Shown: positions 16,734-25,757 of the stretch, piece after piece | Layout: every line of letters begins with the position of its first letter | How positions within the stretch are numbered: position 1 is the first letter of the stretch | Source of the DNA: Opitutales bacterium | GTDB taxonomy: Bacteria; Verrucomicrobiota; Verrucomicrobiia; Opitutales; PNEW01 | Assembly (NCBI GenBank): GCA_965219535.1 | Contig: CBDCNV010000002.1 | Coordinates: 840,001 to 872,000, forward strand | Length of the DNA: 32,000 nt | Direction of reading: 5' to 3' | Made by a program: the position numbers and the translations under genes | Notes under the pieces: generated by a model | Told to the model about the DNA's origin: nothing | What the model saw: the letters and a program-made list of their open reading frames with translations, nothing else | Databases searched by the model: none

Positions 16734-17108
16734 ATGCGCAAAGCTTACATTGTAGAAGATGACAAGGACAGCGCTGAGCTTGTTGTCGAGCTGCTTTCCG
16801 ATGAGCTCGACGTAAATATATTTTCCAATGCGGGTGATTTATTGGCATTCTTACAAATGTCGGATACGGTTCCCCCCAATATTTTTATTCTCGACATCAG
16901 CCTGCCCGGGATGGATGGGGTAACGCTTTTACGCAAAATTCGTGATGATGGCAGGTTTCAAAACACCCCCATCCTGGCTTTAACCGCTCACGCGATGAAA
17001 GGGGACAAGGAACGTTTTCTCAGTTCTGGTTTCGACGGGTATATAAGCAAACCTATTGTTGATGAAAAGGCGTTACTTGACGAAATCGAACGCGTCATTA
17101 GTGAGTAA
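16734..17108 (+). CDS. Single-domain response regulator (CheY-like receiver)
   Basis: 124 aa. The acidic pocket is VEDDKD, the phospho-acceptor context is ILDISLPGMDG, followed by ALTAH and a conserved Lys in ISKP. It has no output domain and no kinase gene beside it. Confidence 0.88.
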   Translation: MRKAYIVEDDKDSAELVVELLSDELDVNIFSNAGDLLAFLQMSDTVPPNIFILDISLPGMDGVTLLRKIRDDGRFQNTPILALTAHAMKGDKERFLSSGFDGYISKPIVDEKALLDEIERVISE

Positions 17109-17244
17109 GCTTTAGTGCGTCATAGGTTGCGCCTCAACTCCCATAAGAGGAATTAAGTGAACGTAGGGCTGTAAGTCGGCACCCTGATTAGCTAAATCTT
17201 ATCACCTTGCTCGACATTTTTAATGAGGAGGTAATACTTATTCT

Positions 17245-17589
17245 GTGCCGCATCTCAAAATTCACACCAACCTCGAAGTTAGCGAAGAAAATCGCGATAA
17301 TATCCTGATTAAGTCTTCCAAGTTGGTAGCGAGTGAGCTGAGCAAACCGGAAGAATTTGTGATGATTACCCTAAAACCCTCGGCACAGATGATTTTCGCC
17401 GGCACCCAGGATCCAGTTGCCTTTCTTGAATTAACCAGTATCGGTTTACCGGCTAAGAAAACAAAGGAACTGTCCCGCGTACTTTGTGAATTAATTGAGA
17501 CCGAGCTCAACGTTTCAAAAAACCGTGTCTACGTTAAATTTATCGATGTCCATCACAGTATGTGGGGTTGGAAGGGAGATACTTTTTAA
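17245..17589 (+). CDS. MIF / tautomerase-superfamily protein
   Basis: 114 aa with a GTG start followed by Pro (MPHLKIHTN), giving the catalytic Pro1. Its length and pattern are typical of macrophage migration inhibitory factor / phenylpyruvate tautomerase homologues. Confidence 0.75.
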   Translation: MPHLKIHTNLEVSEENRDNILIKSSKLVASELSKPEEFVMITLKPSAQMIFAGTQDPVAFLELTSIGLPAKKTKELSRVLCELIETELNVSKNRVYVKFIDVHHSMWGWKGDTF

Positions 17590-17777
17590 AAAGAAATCTT
17601 TGTCTTCGTCTGCCTCATCGTCTTCGTCCACTATTGAGAGGCACTAGTGACATATAATGTATAAGCGTGCAACTTCACAGCCTAATACCTGACGCTTCAG
17701 GCACGTTATCCTGTCAGAACATTGCCGTGGCGGCGACGGCTAAACTTAACATGCGCGAACACGGTCAGCGCACATTT

Positions 17778-18233
17778 CTAATTATCTACGTCATCCTCGT
17801 CTGAAGAACCGAAAATATAATAATCCAGAGACAAGCGCCCCGGGCCGTAGATAAAAATAATTAGGAGAAGGACGAGAACGAGCGAAGAGAATTCCAGAGA
17901 TTGTCCTAAAGTAATAAGACCCTCTTGCCAATGAACTAAGAAGACCGCGCCCATAAGAACAGGAATTTGGATAAGGGCCGATAAACGCGTGAGCAGTCCA
18001 ATCGCGAGAAATGCGCCGCCACATAAATGGGCGAAAATAACATAGTCCAGTATAAAGGCAGACCAGGTTTTATTAGCAGCGTCAAACAAGATGGATGTAG
18101 TTGGGTGCCCGGAGGGTGTGAACTGAATCATTCCTCGAATAAAAAGTAGAGCGCCCAAATAAATACGTATAATCTCAAAACCGTATACTTTGTGAGAGTT
18201 CAGCCAGCGAAAGATCTCTTTTAGTTGTTTTAT
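17778..18233 (-). CDS. DoxX-family membrane protein, copy 1 (no canonical start codon at the conserved N-terminus)
   Basis: It is a paralogue of the 21409-21867 gene, sharing HLCGGAFLAIGLLTRLSAL.QIPVL.GAVFL.HW.EG. The ORF track begins at an internal TTG (18158). The frame stays open, and homologous to the paralogue, up to an ATA codon at 18231-18233 that aligns with the paralogue's ATG. Confidence 0.65.
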   Translation of the reverse strand: MKQLKEIFRWLNSHKVYGFEIIRIYLGALLFIRGMIQFTPSGHPTTSILFDAANKTWSAFILDYVIFAHLCGGAFLAIGLLTRLSALIQIPVLMGAVFLVHWQEGLITLGQSLEFSSLVLVLLLIIFIYGPGRLSLDYYIFGSSDEDDVDN

Positions 18234-18330
18234 ATAGTATTCCCTCTCTGAATTATTAAATACTTTTAACTATGATACGCGTAGTTACTTCGTAATTAAA
18301 AAATATGACATAACTTATTTTTAGCAACCG

Positions 18331-19275
18331 TTATTGATTATTAGTTGTGAGACGCACGATCATATCATCAGCCATCGCATCGAGACTAAACTTTGGCGAC
18401 CAACCCCAATCACTGCGAGCCGACTGATCTTGAACGATCTCCGGCCAGTTTTCAACGACCGCAATCACTTTCTCGTTCGGCTCATAAGCGATCTCAATGC
18501 CAGCGATACGTTTGCTTGCGGCATTGGCGATTTCTTCGGCCGTAGGTGATAGGGAGTGAACGTTGTATACGCGCTTGGTTAATGTCTCAACCGGGGCACG
18601 CAACACCTGAGCTATTCCCGAGATCGCGTCATCTACGTACATTAATGAAGCCCGGGTGTGCGGATTGACATTAAAAGTATATCGCTTCTGCTCAACCCCT
18701 TCAACAAAAACACGTGAAGCATAGGAACTGGCAGCGGCCGTAGGGGCAAAGGGAGAAACAGTAATGGGCAGGCGTAGACAACGAAAATCGAGACCGTGCT
18801 GGCGCTGATAATAAACGCCGAGTCGTTCAATCGATGATTTAGTAACACCGTATAAACCGTCCGCCCATTGCGGTGTGTCTTCGGGGAGGCTTTTTGGCAG
18901 TTTACCGCCGTAAGTTGCGAGAGTGCTGGGAAAGAAAAATTTTTTAATTCCCAATTCAAGTGAGAGTTCAAAAAGGGCAAAGGTTCCATCCATATTTACC
19001 TTCCAGGCCAGTTCCCGGTCTTGCTCTGAACTACCACTTAAGAGTGAGGCGAAATGCACGATTGTGTGTGGACGATAATGTTGTATTATCTTACTCAGCT
19101 CATTTCTATTGTTTAAATTTTCCTGAATATAGACGCAATTTTCTGCGGTGCGGGTAATAGGGCCTTTGGCAATGTCCACAAGAACAATCTCGTCAGCCAT
19201 CCCATCCAGCTCAAAGCTGAGCAGAGATGCGAGGTTACCAGCACCTCCCGTAATTAATATCGTCTCTTTCATCAT
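18331..19275 (-). CDS. Extended SDR, L-threonine-3-dehydrogenase-like / NAD-dependent epimerase-dehydratase family
   Basis: The Rossmann motif is ILITGGAGNLAS and the catalytic YGVTK supplies YxxxK. The C-terminal ENWP...DQSARSDWGWSPKFSLDAMADDM resembles SDR-type TDH enzymes. Its ATG overlaps the upstream gene's TAA by 1 nt. Confidence 0.8.
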   Translation of the reverse strand: MMKETILITGGAGNLASLLSFELDGMADEIVLVDIAKGPITRTAENCVYIQENLNNRNELSKIIQHYRPHTIVHFASLLSGSSEQDRELAWKVNMDGTFALFELSLELGIKKFFFPSTLATYGGKLPKSLPEDTPQWADGLYGVTKSSIERLGVYYQRQHGLDFRCLRLPITVSPFAPTAAASSYASRVFVEGVEQKRYTFNVNPHTRASLMYVDDAISGIAQVLRAPVETLTKRVYNVHSLSPTAEEIANAASKRIAGIEIAYEPNEKVIAVVENWPEIVQDQSARSDWGWSPKFSLDAMADDMIVRLTTNNQ

Positions 19276-20516
19276 TAATTTCCATCCGGTTTAATTTGAC
19301 AGTCCAGAAAAATCAATGGCTCTTTACCAGTTGCTTTAAGTGTCACTTCGATGCCTGAAGGAACGCCAAAATGATCATGCGCTTCTACCGCTTGTTCGAT
19401 GCCGGCCATCTTAATTATGCCCGAACCGCGAACAATCGAGACTGCGTTAAAGTATTTTTCTTTTCGCGTCATTCCTCCGGTTCCCGTTCTGCCGACGCAT
19501 AGCTCCAGACCGCCGACACCATTGCGGGCAGTTGCCGAGACTGGAATTAGCCGATAGTGACAATTTCCATGGCGTTGAGCGGCTTTCTCGATTTCACGTT
19601 CTAAGAAAATTGTCTGGTTCATCTGTCTGCTTTGAACCCGTACTTCATTCATTTCTTTAAAATCAAAAGGGTAGGGCTCAACATCTAGAAATACACCCCA
19701 ACCGCCATGCTTCAGTGAACCGAAAATAAACGGAACATTATGCATGTGTGGAGAATCATTCACATAGCCGTGTCGCATCTCCGGGGGAATGGGCATCGCA
19801 TACCCTTCTTCAAGCAGGGCGTAGGAATCACCGAGAATCGTCCTCCCCCGCATCGGATTATATCCGAGATGGATTTCCACGCCCTCATGATGCAAATGGG
19901 TTGGCACGTCACAGCGTTCGACATCGCCCAGCCAGGCTAGATTCCAACTGTGATAGTCACCATAAACGAGTGGGGCGATCGTTATACCGAGGTTGGGAAC
20001 AATAAAACTCGCTTGTTCGGGAACTTCATTATCTCGCGTTAATTCGATGCCATTGCAATTGCGGATTGCATTCATGACTTCAATAAAGCGCTCGGAAAGC
20101 CGCTCTACTTCGTTATTGCCACTCGCCACAGCGTCTTCGCACAGGGCTTCAATCACTCGATGGATCAAAATATCATAACGATAGAAGGTGGAAATAAGCG
20201 CCCGGAAGTTTTCAGGAACAGGATCCATAGACTGATTGGCTAAATCGGTCAGCATCGCGATAGCGTTTCGCCTGTGTACCATCGCGACTTCGTTGCTACA
20301 CTCAACCTGTTGCTCTAACTTGTCGCAAGTCGCGTGAAAGGCTCCAATCGTATGACGGCGAAAAGCATAGCAGTAAAGACGGGCGAGCGCAATTTCCTCG
20401 TCGCTGATACCTCGAGGGCTACGCCCTTGCGCATGGCTTGCTATAGCTTTCTCGATCAGCAAAGTGTAATTGGTATGGGCGGATAATTTAATCTTATGCT
20501 TATCAGCGATGACCAT
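19275..20516 (-). CDS. Bicupin-like metalloprotein with ~190-aa N-terminal helical domain (function unknown)
   Basis: Cupin motif 1 is H207-L-H209-H-E-G-V-E214. Motif 2 is P..MRH249GYVN. A second C-terminal cupin-like barrel (IVRGSGIIKMAG..AHDHFGVPSGIEVTLKA) lacks the ligand set. I recognise no specific family. Confidence 0.6.
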   Translation of the reverse strand: MVIADKHKIKLSAHTNYTLLIEKAIASHAQGRSPRGISDEEIALARLYCYAFRRHTIGAFHATCDKLEQQVECSNEVAMVHRRNAIAMLTDLANQSMDPVPENFRALISTFYRYDILIHRVIEALCEDAVASGNNEVERLSERFIEVMNAIRNCNGIELTRDNEVPEQASFIVPNLGITIAPLVYGDYHSWNLAWLGDVERCDVPTHLHHEGVEIHLGYNPMRGRTILGDSYALLEEGYAMPIPPEMRHGYVNDSPHMHNVPFIFGSLKHGGWGVFLDVEPYPFDFKEMNEVRVQSRQMNQTIFLEREIEKAAQRHGNCHYRLIPVSATARNGVGGLELCVGRTGTGGMTRKEKYFNAVSIVRGSGIIKMAGIEQAVEAHDHFGVPSGIEVTLKATGKEPLIFLDCQIKPDGN

Positions 20517-20573
20517 GGGTGAAAGAGGGATATATATTATTAGATAAATACTTCAATTGGGATAAAACCTGGT

Positions 20574-21419
20574 TTATTTAAGATAATGATTCTTTATCTC
20601 ATGGATAATATAATCTTTTGCTTCCTCGACGGAATCTAAAATTTTAAATAACAACAAATCCTCTTCTGCAATGACTTCCCATTTAATTAAGTTTTCAAAA
20701 TTTATGATATCATTCCAGAACTCGGAACCAAATAAAACAATGGGAATGTATTTATTTGTTTTACGGGTCTGCAGCAATGTGAGCATTTCGAACAGTTCAT
20801 CCAAGGTACCGAAACCGCCCGGAAAAACAATTAAAGCCTTGGCGAGGTATAGAAACCAGAATTTGCGAATAAAAAAATAATGAAACTCAAAACCAAGTTC
20901 TTGCGTGATATGAGGATTTAAATCCTGTTCAAAGGGGAGACTAATTCCCAAAGCAATCGATTTTCCACCGGCAAATGAAGCTCCTCGATTGGCTGCTTCC
21001 ATTATTCCCGGACCACCGCCCGAACAAATGTAGAATTGATTTTTCGGGTCTTCAATCGTATGCGACCATTCGGTCAAAGATTGAGCCAAATTTAATGCGG
21101 CATCATAATATTCAGCATTTTTAATCTGCTGTTTAGCCGTGTGTAAGCGCTTACTTTGTTCCAGTGTGGGCTTATCGGAATCCGCAATTTCCTTTTCTAT
21201 ACTTTCAAGGTTGTGGCTGGCCGTTTCAGGATCTTGGATTCGGGATGACCCGAACATGACGATCGTATTGTGTATGCCGAATTTTTGTAGACGCTGTTCG
21301 GTTTCCAGAAGTTCACATTGGACCCGAATTGATCTTGCGGCACTGCTGTTTAAAAATTCCTGGTTTTTATAGGCTTTCGTGGTTGGGCTATCAGATGGCT
21401 GATCGTTATTAGTGCTCAT
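20574..21419 (-). CDS. LOG-family / TIGR00730-type nucleotide N-glycosidase (lysine-decarboxylase-like)
   Basis: Family sequence includes the PGGFGTLDE motif, GGGPGIMEAANRGA, and an N-terminal AYKNQEFLNSSAARSIR lead-in. The true start is very probably ATG 21419 (MSTNND..). The 81 further codons in the ORF track overlap DoxX-2 out of frame and look non-protein-like. Confidence 0.8.
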   Translation of the reverse strand: MSTNNDQPSDSPTTKAYKNQEFLNSSAARSIRVQCELLETEQRLQKFGIHNTIVMFGSSRIQDPETASHNLESIEKEIADSDKPTLEQSKRLHTAKQQIKNAEYYDAALNLAQSLTEWSHTIEDPKNQFYICSGGGPGIMEAANRGASFAGGKSIALGISLPFEQDLNPHITQELGFEFHYFFIRKFWFLYLAKALIVFPGGFGTLDELFEMLTLLQTRKTNKYIPIVLFGSEFWNDIINFENLIKWEVIAEEDLLLFKILDSVEEAKDYIIHEIKNHYLK

Positions 21420-21867
21420 TATCCTTTTTTCTACTGCCAAATATATAATAGTCCATCGATAAACGACCGGGGCCAACGATAAATAAGAGTATGAGCAAAA
21501 AGAGAACGAGAGATGAAAATTCCAGCGACTGACCAAGGGAAAATAGACCTTCATGCCAGTGAATGAGAAAGACAGCACCCGCGAGAACGGGAATTTGTAG
21601 CAGTGCTGATAGCCGTGTGAGTAGTCCAATTGCGAGGAAAGCGCCCCCACATAAATGGGCAATCATCACGTAGTGTAAGATTAATGCGGGGACACCCCAG
21701 CTGTTATCCATGCTTAATATCAAGTCGGAGGTTGTGGTCTTCCCGGAGGGCGAAAATTGGATCACTCCTCGAACGAATAATCCGATACCGAGGTAAATAC
21801 GAAGGAATTCGATTCCATAATCTCTGTGCGCATTAACCCATGCGATTAATCTATTTAAACTTTTCAT
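21409..21867 (-). CDS. DoxX-family membrane protein, copy 2
   Basis: 152 aa from ATG 21867, preceded by GAAGGAG six nt upstream. It shows the DoxX pattern of four TM segments. It overlaps the LOG gene's start by 11 nt (21409-21419). Confidence 0.85.
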   Translation of the reverse strand: MKSLNRLIAWVNAHRDYGIEFLRIYLGIGLFVRGVIQFSPSGKTTTSDLILSMDNSWGVPALILHYVMIAHLCGGAFLAIGLLTRLSALLQIPVLAGAVFLIHWHEGLFSLGQSLEFSSLVLFLLILLFIVGPGRLSMDYYIFGSRKKDNEH

Positions 21868-22061
21868 AAAGATCTCCTTCTTTGGATTGAATTTGATAGC
21901 ATCAAATGAGGCGATATAAACAGTCACTACTCATTATAAATAAATGTGTTAATATATTCTCTGATCGCAAATGGATGCGTTAATAATAACGACTATTTCT
22001 TTGCGTGAAATAATGATCCGTATTAATTGACAACGACTGTCTGATTACATAGTTCCATTAA

Positions 22062-23072
22062 ATGGAGTATAAATATTTAGGTAAGACAGGGGTAAAGGTA
22101 TCGACTTTGTGTTTCGGGACGATGTCATTCGGGGGGGATGCCGACGAGAGTGAATCGGCAAAAATGTTTAATCGTTGTCGCGATCTGGGAATAAATTTTT
22201 TCGATTGCGCGAACGTATACGCTAATGGGATCTCAGAGGAAATATTAGGCAGATTTATCGCTGATTGCCGGGATGAAGTTATAATTACGAGTAAAGTATT
22301 CGCTCGTACCGGACCGGGTGAAAATGAAAGAGGTTCATCCCGTCGAAATATTATCCTCGCCGTTGAAAAGAGTCTTAAACGATTAAATACAGATCGTCTC
22401 GAGCTCTATTTTTTTCATGGATTTGACAACGATACCCCGATCGAGGATTCGCTTCAGGCAATGGATGATCTGGTGAGACAGGGAAAAATTCTCTATCCCG
22501 CAGTGAGTAATTGGTCCGCCTGGCAAATTGCAAAAGCATTAGGCATTTCCAGTCGTGATGGGTTCGCCCGTTTTGAGTGTGTTCAGCCGATGTATAACCT
22601 GGTGAAGCGACAGGTGGAGTCAGAAATATTACCCTTATGCCAATCCGAACAACTTGGTGTTATTCCTTACAGCCCATTGGGGGGAGGACTACTCACCGGT
22701 AAGTACCGCGATAAGCAGAAAGCGGACAAGGGCAGGCTCCTGGAGAATGAAATGTATGTCCACCGGTATGCGGAGCCACACTACCATGAAGTTGTGGAGC
22801 GTTATATGGAATATTGCGGGGAGAAAAACATCAGTCCTGTGACTTTAGCGATTGCCTGGGTAAGAGCGCATCCTGCGGTAACCGCGCCGATCATAGGGGC
22901 GCGCAGCCTTGAACAACTGGAACCTTCCTTAGCTGCATTAGAAGTAAAAGTGGATCCAGCATGGTGGCTGGAAATTTCAGCGCTCTCCCCCGGACCGCCA
23001 ATCGCCACAGACCGCAGGGAAGAATTTGCAGAAAGCCCGTTTACCCGACAGCCATTGATGAGTAAAGATTGA
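22062..23072 (+). CDS. Aldo/keto reductase
   Basis: 336 aa. INFFDCANVYANG carries the catalytic Asp/Tyr. ITSKV supplies the Lys and FFHGFD the His. The C-terminal IIGARS is typical of the Tas/Kv-beta-like AKR group. Confidence 0.88.
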   Translation: MEYKYLGKTGVKVSTLCFGTMSFGGDADESESAKMFNRCRDLGINFFDCANVYANGISEEILGRFIADCRDEVIITSKVFARTGPGENERGSSRRNIILAVEKSLKRLNTDRLELYFFHGFDNDTPIEDSLQAMDDLVRQGKILYPAVSNWSAWQIAKALGISSRDGFARFECVQPMYNLVKRQVESEILPLCQSEQLGVIPYSPLGGGLLTGKYRDKQKADKGRLLENEMYVHRYAEPHYHEVVERYMEYCGEKNISPVTLAIAWVRAHPAVTAPIIGARSLEQLEPSLAALEVKVDPAWWLEISALSPGPPIATDRREEFAESPFTRQPLMSKD

Positions 23073-23228
23073 CGATGACGTAATCGTCAAATGTGAATAA
23101 TTTTTCAGTCAGGTTTGTTCATCATGGATTGGCGATTACCCCAAGTATAATATTATTTCTTGAGTCCAGCATAGGATTTCTGCTGAAGGTGGGCGAATGC
23201 TTTGGGCTACAGCTACAGCGCATGAAGT

Positions 23229-24578
23229 ATGTCTAATTTAATTAAACAAAATTTTTTTAAATTATTATTGAGCCTAACGCTACTCGGGATCTCCGGTTAT
23301 TTATTTATTGATCGTGTTGGAGGATTATTTCAAACGCCGTTCCAAAGCTCAATTAGGGGGTGGGATGACTCATTTTATTATTTCTGGCTTCGCTCCTTCT
23401 TTGTCGATGGAGATTTTGATTTCTCAAATGAAATCAAGTATTGCGATACCTTTGATGAAAATACTCGGCTACACGCCTTATCTATGCCTCTTACAGAAAG
23501 GGGATATTTACCCAATAAATATCCAATTGGGTGGGCGCTTAGCAGTGCACCCTGGTATCTTCTCGGGGACGCGATCACAAGGCTCATAAATCTATTTGGC
23601 GGCGAACTGTTAACAGACGGCTATGGGCCTTATTATCAATTAATGATAATGATCGGCCAGTGGGTTTATGCGTGGCTGAGTTTATTCTTCGCGTATAAGA
23701 TAAGCTGCCGGTACTTGAATAGGGACAATGCCTTCTTCGCCGTAGCGATCACGTGGTCAGCATCCGCACTCTTTTATTATCAGAATATTCAATTATCTAT
23801 GGCGCATAACTTGTCTTTTTTTGCCATTACCGGTTGTTACTGGGTAACATTGCTCATCAGGGAGAAGACTAAATCTCTATTCCTTTGGATAAGTTTAGCG
23901 GTCTTATCAGCGACTCTGATTCTATCGCGCTTACAAGGTGCTGTTTATCTCCTATATCCGGCTGTGGTTATCCTGTCTTTATTGTATAAGGATAGAAAAT
24001 TATATCCCTACCTGATTGTTTTTATCCTCATTGGGATAATCGCCTTACTCCCTCAATTGTACGCCTGGAAAATCCTTTATGGCCAATATCTTCCCTATAC
24101 GTATGAAGGTGAAGGCTTTAACTGGTTAGCGCCAAATTTAAGGGGCGTGCTCTTTTCCCCCTATCACGGGTGGTTTTATTGGACGCCCATCATCTTCATC
24201 GCACTCCTTGGGTTTATTAGCTGGATCTGGAAATTGAGGAATAGCGAAGCGGTTACCTGGGGCATCGGATTATTAGCAACTGTTTATCTCAACGCTTCCT
24301 GGCATGATTCGACTTTTGGCGCGTCGTTTGGCTCTCGCGCCTTTGAAGGCGCTACTTTATTTGCTATCATAGGGCTGGGCGAAATAATTCAACTATCTGA
24401 TGCGAGGAAAAGATTAAGATATATATTTATCGTTATCGCCTTATTCTTTTCTCTCTGGAATATTAACCTTACATTACTCGTTAGGTTTTGGAAATATTCG
24501 GGTATCACCCTAACGCAAAGTGTTACCTACAAAGATATCGTGAATGGTTCCTCTAAATTCTGGTTTGAGAAAGACTGA
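23229..24578 (+). CDS. Polytopic membrane protein, GT-C (ArnT/PMT-like) glycosyltransferase candidate
   Basis: 449 aa with roughly 11-13 hydrophobic segments. An acidic, aromatic first-loop motif (GWDDSFYYFW) follows TM1, as in GT-C enzymes. The family assignment is pattern-based only. Confidence 0.5.
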   Translation: MSNLIKQNFFKLLLSLTLLGISGYLFIDRVGGLFQTPFQSSIRGWDDSFYYFWLRSFFVDGDFDFSNEIKYCDTFDENTRLHALSMPLTERGYLPNKYPIGWALSSAPWYLLGDAITRLINLFGGELLTDGYGPYYQLMIMIGQWVYAWLSLFFAYKISCRYLNRDNAFFAVAITWSASALFYYQNIQLSMAHNLSFFAITGCYWVTLLIREKTKSLFLWISLAVLSATLILSRLQGAVYLLYPAVVILSLLYKDRKLYPYLIVFILIGIIALLPQLYAWKILYGQYLPYTYEGEGFNWLAPNLRGVLFSPYHGWFYWTPIIFIALLGFISWIWKLRNSEAVTWGIGLLATVYLNASWHDSTFGASFGSRAFEGATLFAIIGLGEIIQLSDARKRLRYIFIVIALFFSLWNINLTLLVRFWKYSGITLTQSVTYKDIVNGSSKFWFEKD

Positions 24579-24811
24579 TTGACTACCTGGAACTTAGCAA
24601 GCGGCAGGGAAAACCTCCCCTCAAGCCCAACAGCTTGTCATTCAACAGTATATTTCACCTGTATGGAACGAGAATACAGCCGTCCCAAACTGCTGATTTA
24701 AAGAACAGGGGAGGCGTACTTCGCAATTTTAAAAATTTATTGTAACTTACTGAGGCTGTAGTGTAATTAACGGCTTAGGCTAAGCCAATTTACTGCCAGT
24801 GGAGAAATAAA

Positions 24812-25660
24812 ATGAAAATGAGATACCTGAAATATTCGATCGCGACGGTGATTTTTGCGATTACGTTGATATTTTTGGGTGCTGGTTTTCGTGGGACCAG
24901 TTTAACCGCTCGTAATATTGTCGAAAAGCAACACGAGAGGGTTGCGACAAATGGACAAATCGAGATTTATAAAATGGTAAGCCTTGATAAGCAGGGGAAT
25001 ATTATTTCACGCGAAGCTTTTCGCATGGTGCAGACTGATGACAATGGGAAGCGGCGAGTACTGCTTCGGTTGATAAATCCAGCGGAGGTGAAAGGAGTGT
25101 CGCTATTGAGCATTCAGATTTCTCCCAGTGAAACTGAACAATACCTCTATATGCCCGCGCTGAATACTGTTCAACGTATTAGCGGCAGCGGGAAAAAGGG
25201 CAATTTTATCGACACGGATTTTGCCTATGAAGATCTACTTTACAGTTGGTCAAAAAATCTTCTCTACGATCGTAAATTTGATGAAAATCTGAATGATGAC
25301 GTCTGTTACGTGATCGAGATAATCGCGCAAGACAATGAGGCAAAAAAGTCCACAAATTATTCAAAGAGAATACTTTGGATTACACATGAGGATTTCGCAC
25401 TGAAAAAGATAGATCACTATGACCGCCAGGGGAAACTCATGAAGACTTTAACCCTGACTGATTTCGAAGAAAAGTCAGAAAGTCTCCGGCTTCCCACCCG
25501 CTTTGAAATGGTGCACCATCTTAAAAAAACCTCTTCGATGTTCGTTGTCACGAGGGGGAAATACAATTTAACTTTAGAGGATAAATATTTCACCCCGGAA
25601 GGATTGAAAAATTGGAACAGGGAAGATGACGCAACTATTCTGGCAAGTCTCGAGCCATAA
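24812..25660 (+). CDS. LolA-like outer-membrane lipoprotein-sorting family protein (periplasmic partner of MMPL exporters)
   Basis: It has a signal peptide (MKMRYLKYSIATVIFAITLIFLGAG). The hallmark stretch is QYLYMPALNTVQRISGSGKKGNFIDTDFAYEDL. GGAG lies 7 nt before the ATG. Confidence 0.8.
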   Translation: MKMRYLKYSIATVIFAITLIFLGAGFRGTSLTARNIVEKQHERVATNGQIEIYKMVSLDKQGNIISREAFRMVQTDDNGKRRVLLRLINPAEVKGVSLLSIQISPSETEQYLYMPALNTVQRISGSGKKGNFIDTDFAYEDLLYSWSKNLLYDRKFDENLNDDVCYVIEIIAQDNEAKKSTNYSKRILWITHEDFALKKIDHYDRQGKLMKTLTLTDFEEKSESLRLPTRFEMVHHLKKTSSMFVVTRGKYNLTLEDKYFTPEGLKNWNREDDATILASLEP

Positions 25661-25757
25661 ATATCTGCTCTCATAGGTTGGCGTCACCGCGTTTATTTTT
25701 TATCTATTCGTGCATTACCATTACACCAATATTTTGTAATAAAGAGGTCACTCCCCG

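Noticed and set aside
17602-17628. Direct repeat GTCTTCGTC...GTCTTCGTC, which on the minus strand would encode an acidic peptide (VDEDDEADEDKD) resembling the DoxX-1 C-terminal tail (SSDEDDVDN)
   Set aside because: It lies about 150 nt downstream of the DoxX-1 stop. The ORF is only about 38 codons and runs antisense into the MIF gene. It is probably coincidental or a decayed remnant.
21420-21662. 81-codon N-terminal extension of the LOG-family ORF given by the ORF track
   Set aside because: It overlaps DoxX-2 in another frame and its peptide (..SFSFCSYSYLSL..) is not protein-like. The homologous region of LOG proteins begins near the ATG at 21419.
23069-23090. Hairpin TTGACGAT-gacgta-ATCGTCAA overlapping the aldo-keto reductase stop codon
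   Set aside because: It is a perfect 8-bp stem, but the nearest T-run starts about 10 nt after it. It does not fit an intrinsic terminator, and I cannot support any other role.
24588-24602. TGGAAC-N5-AAGC, sigma-54-like spacing upstream of the LolA-like gene
   Set aside because: The GG-N10-GC spacing is right, but both half-sites deviate (TGGAAC and AAGC). The site is about 210 nt from the start codon and no enhancer-binding protein gene is nearby. Support is too weak.
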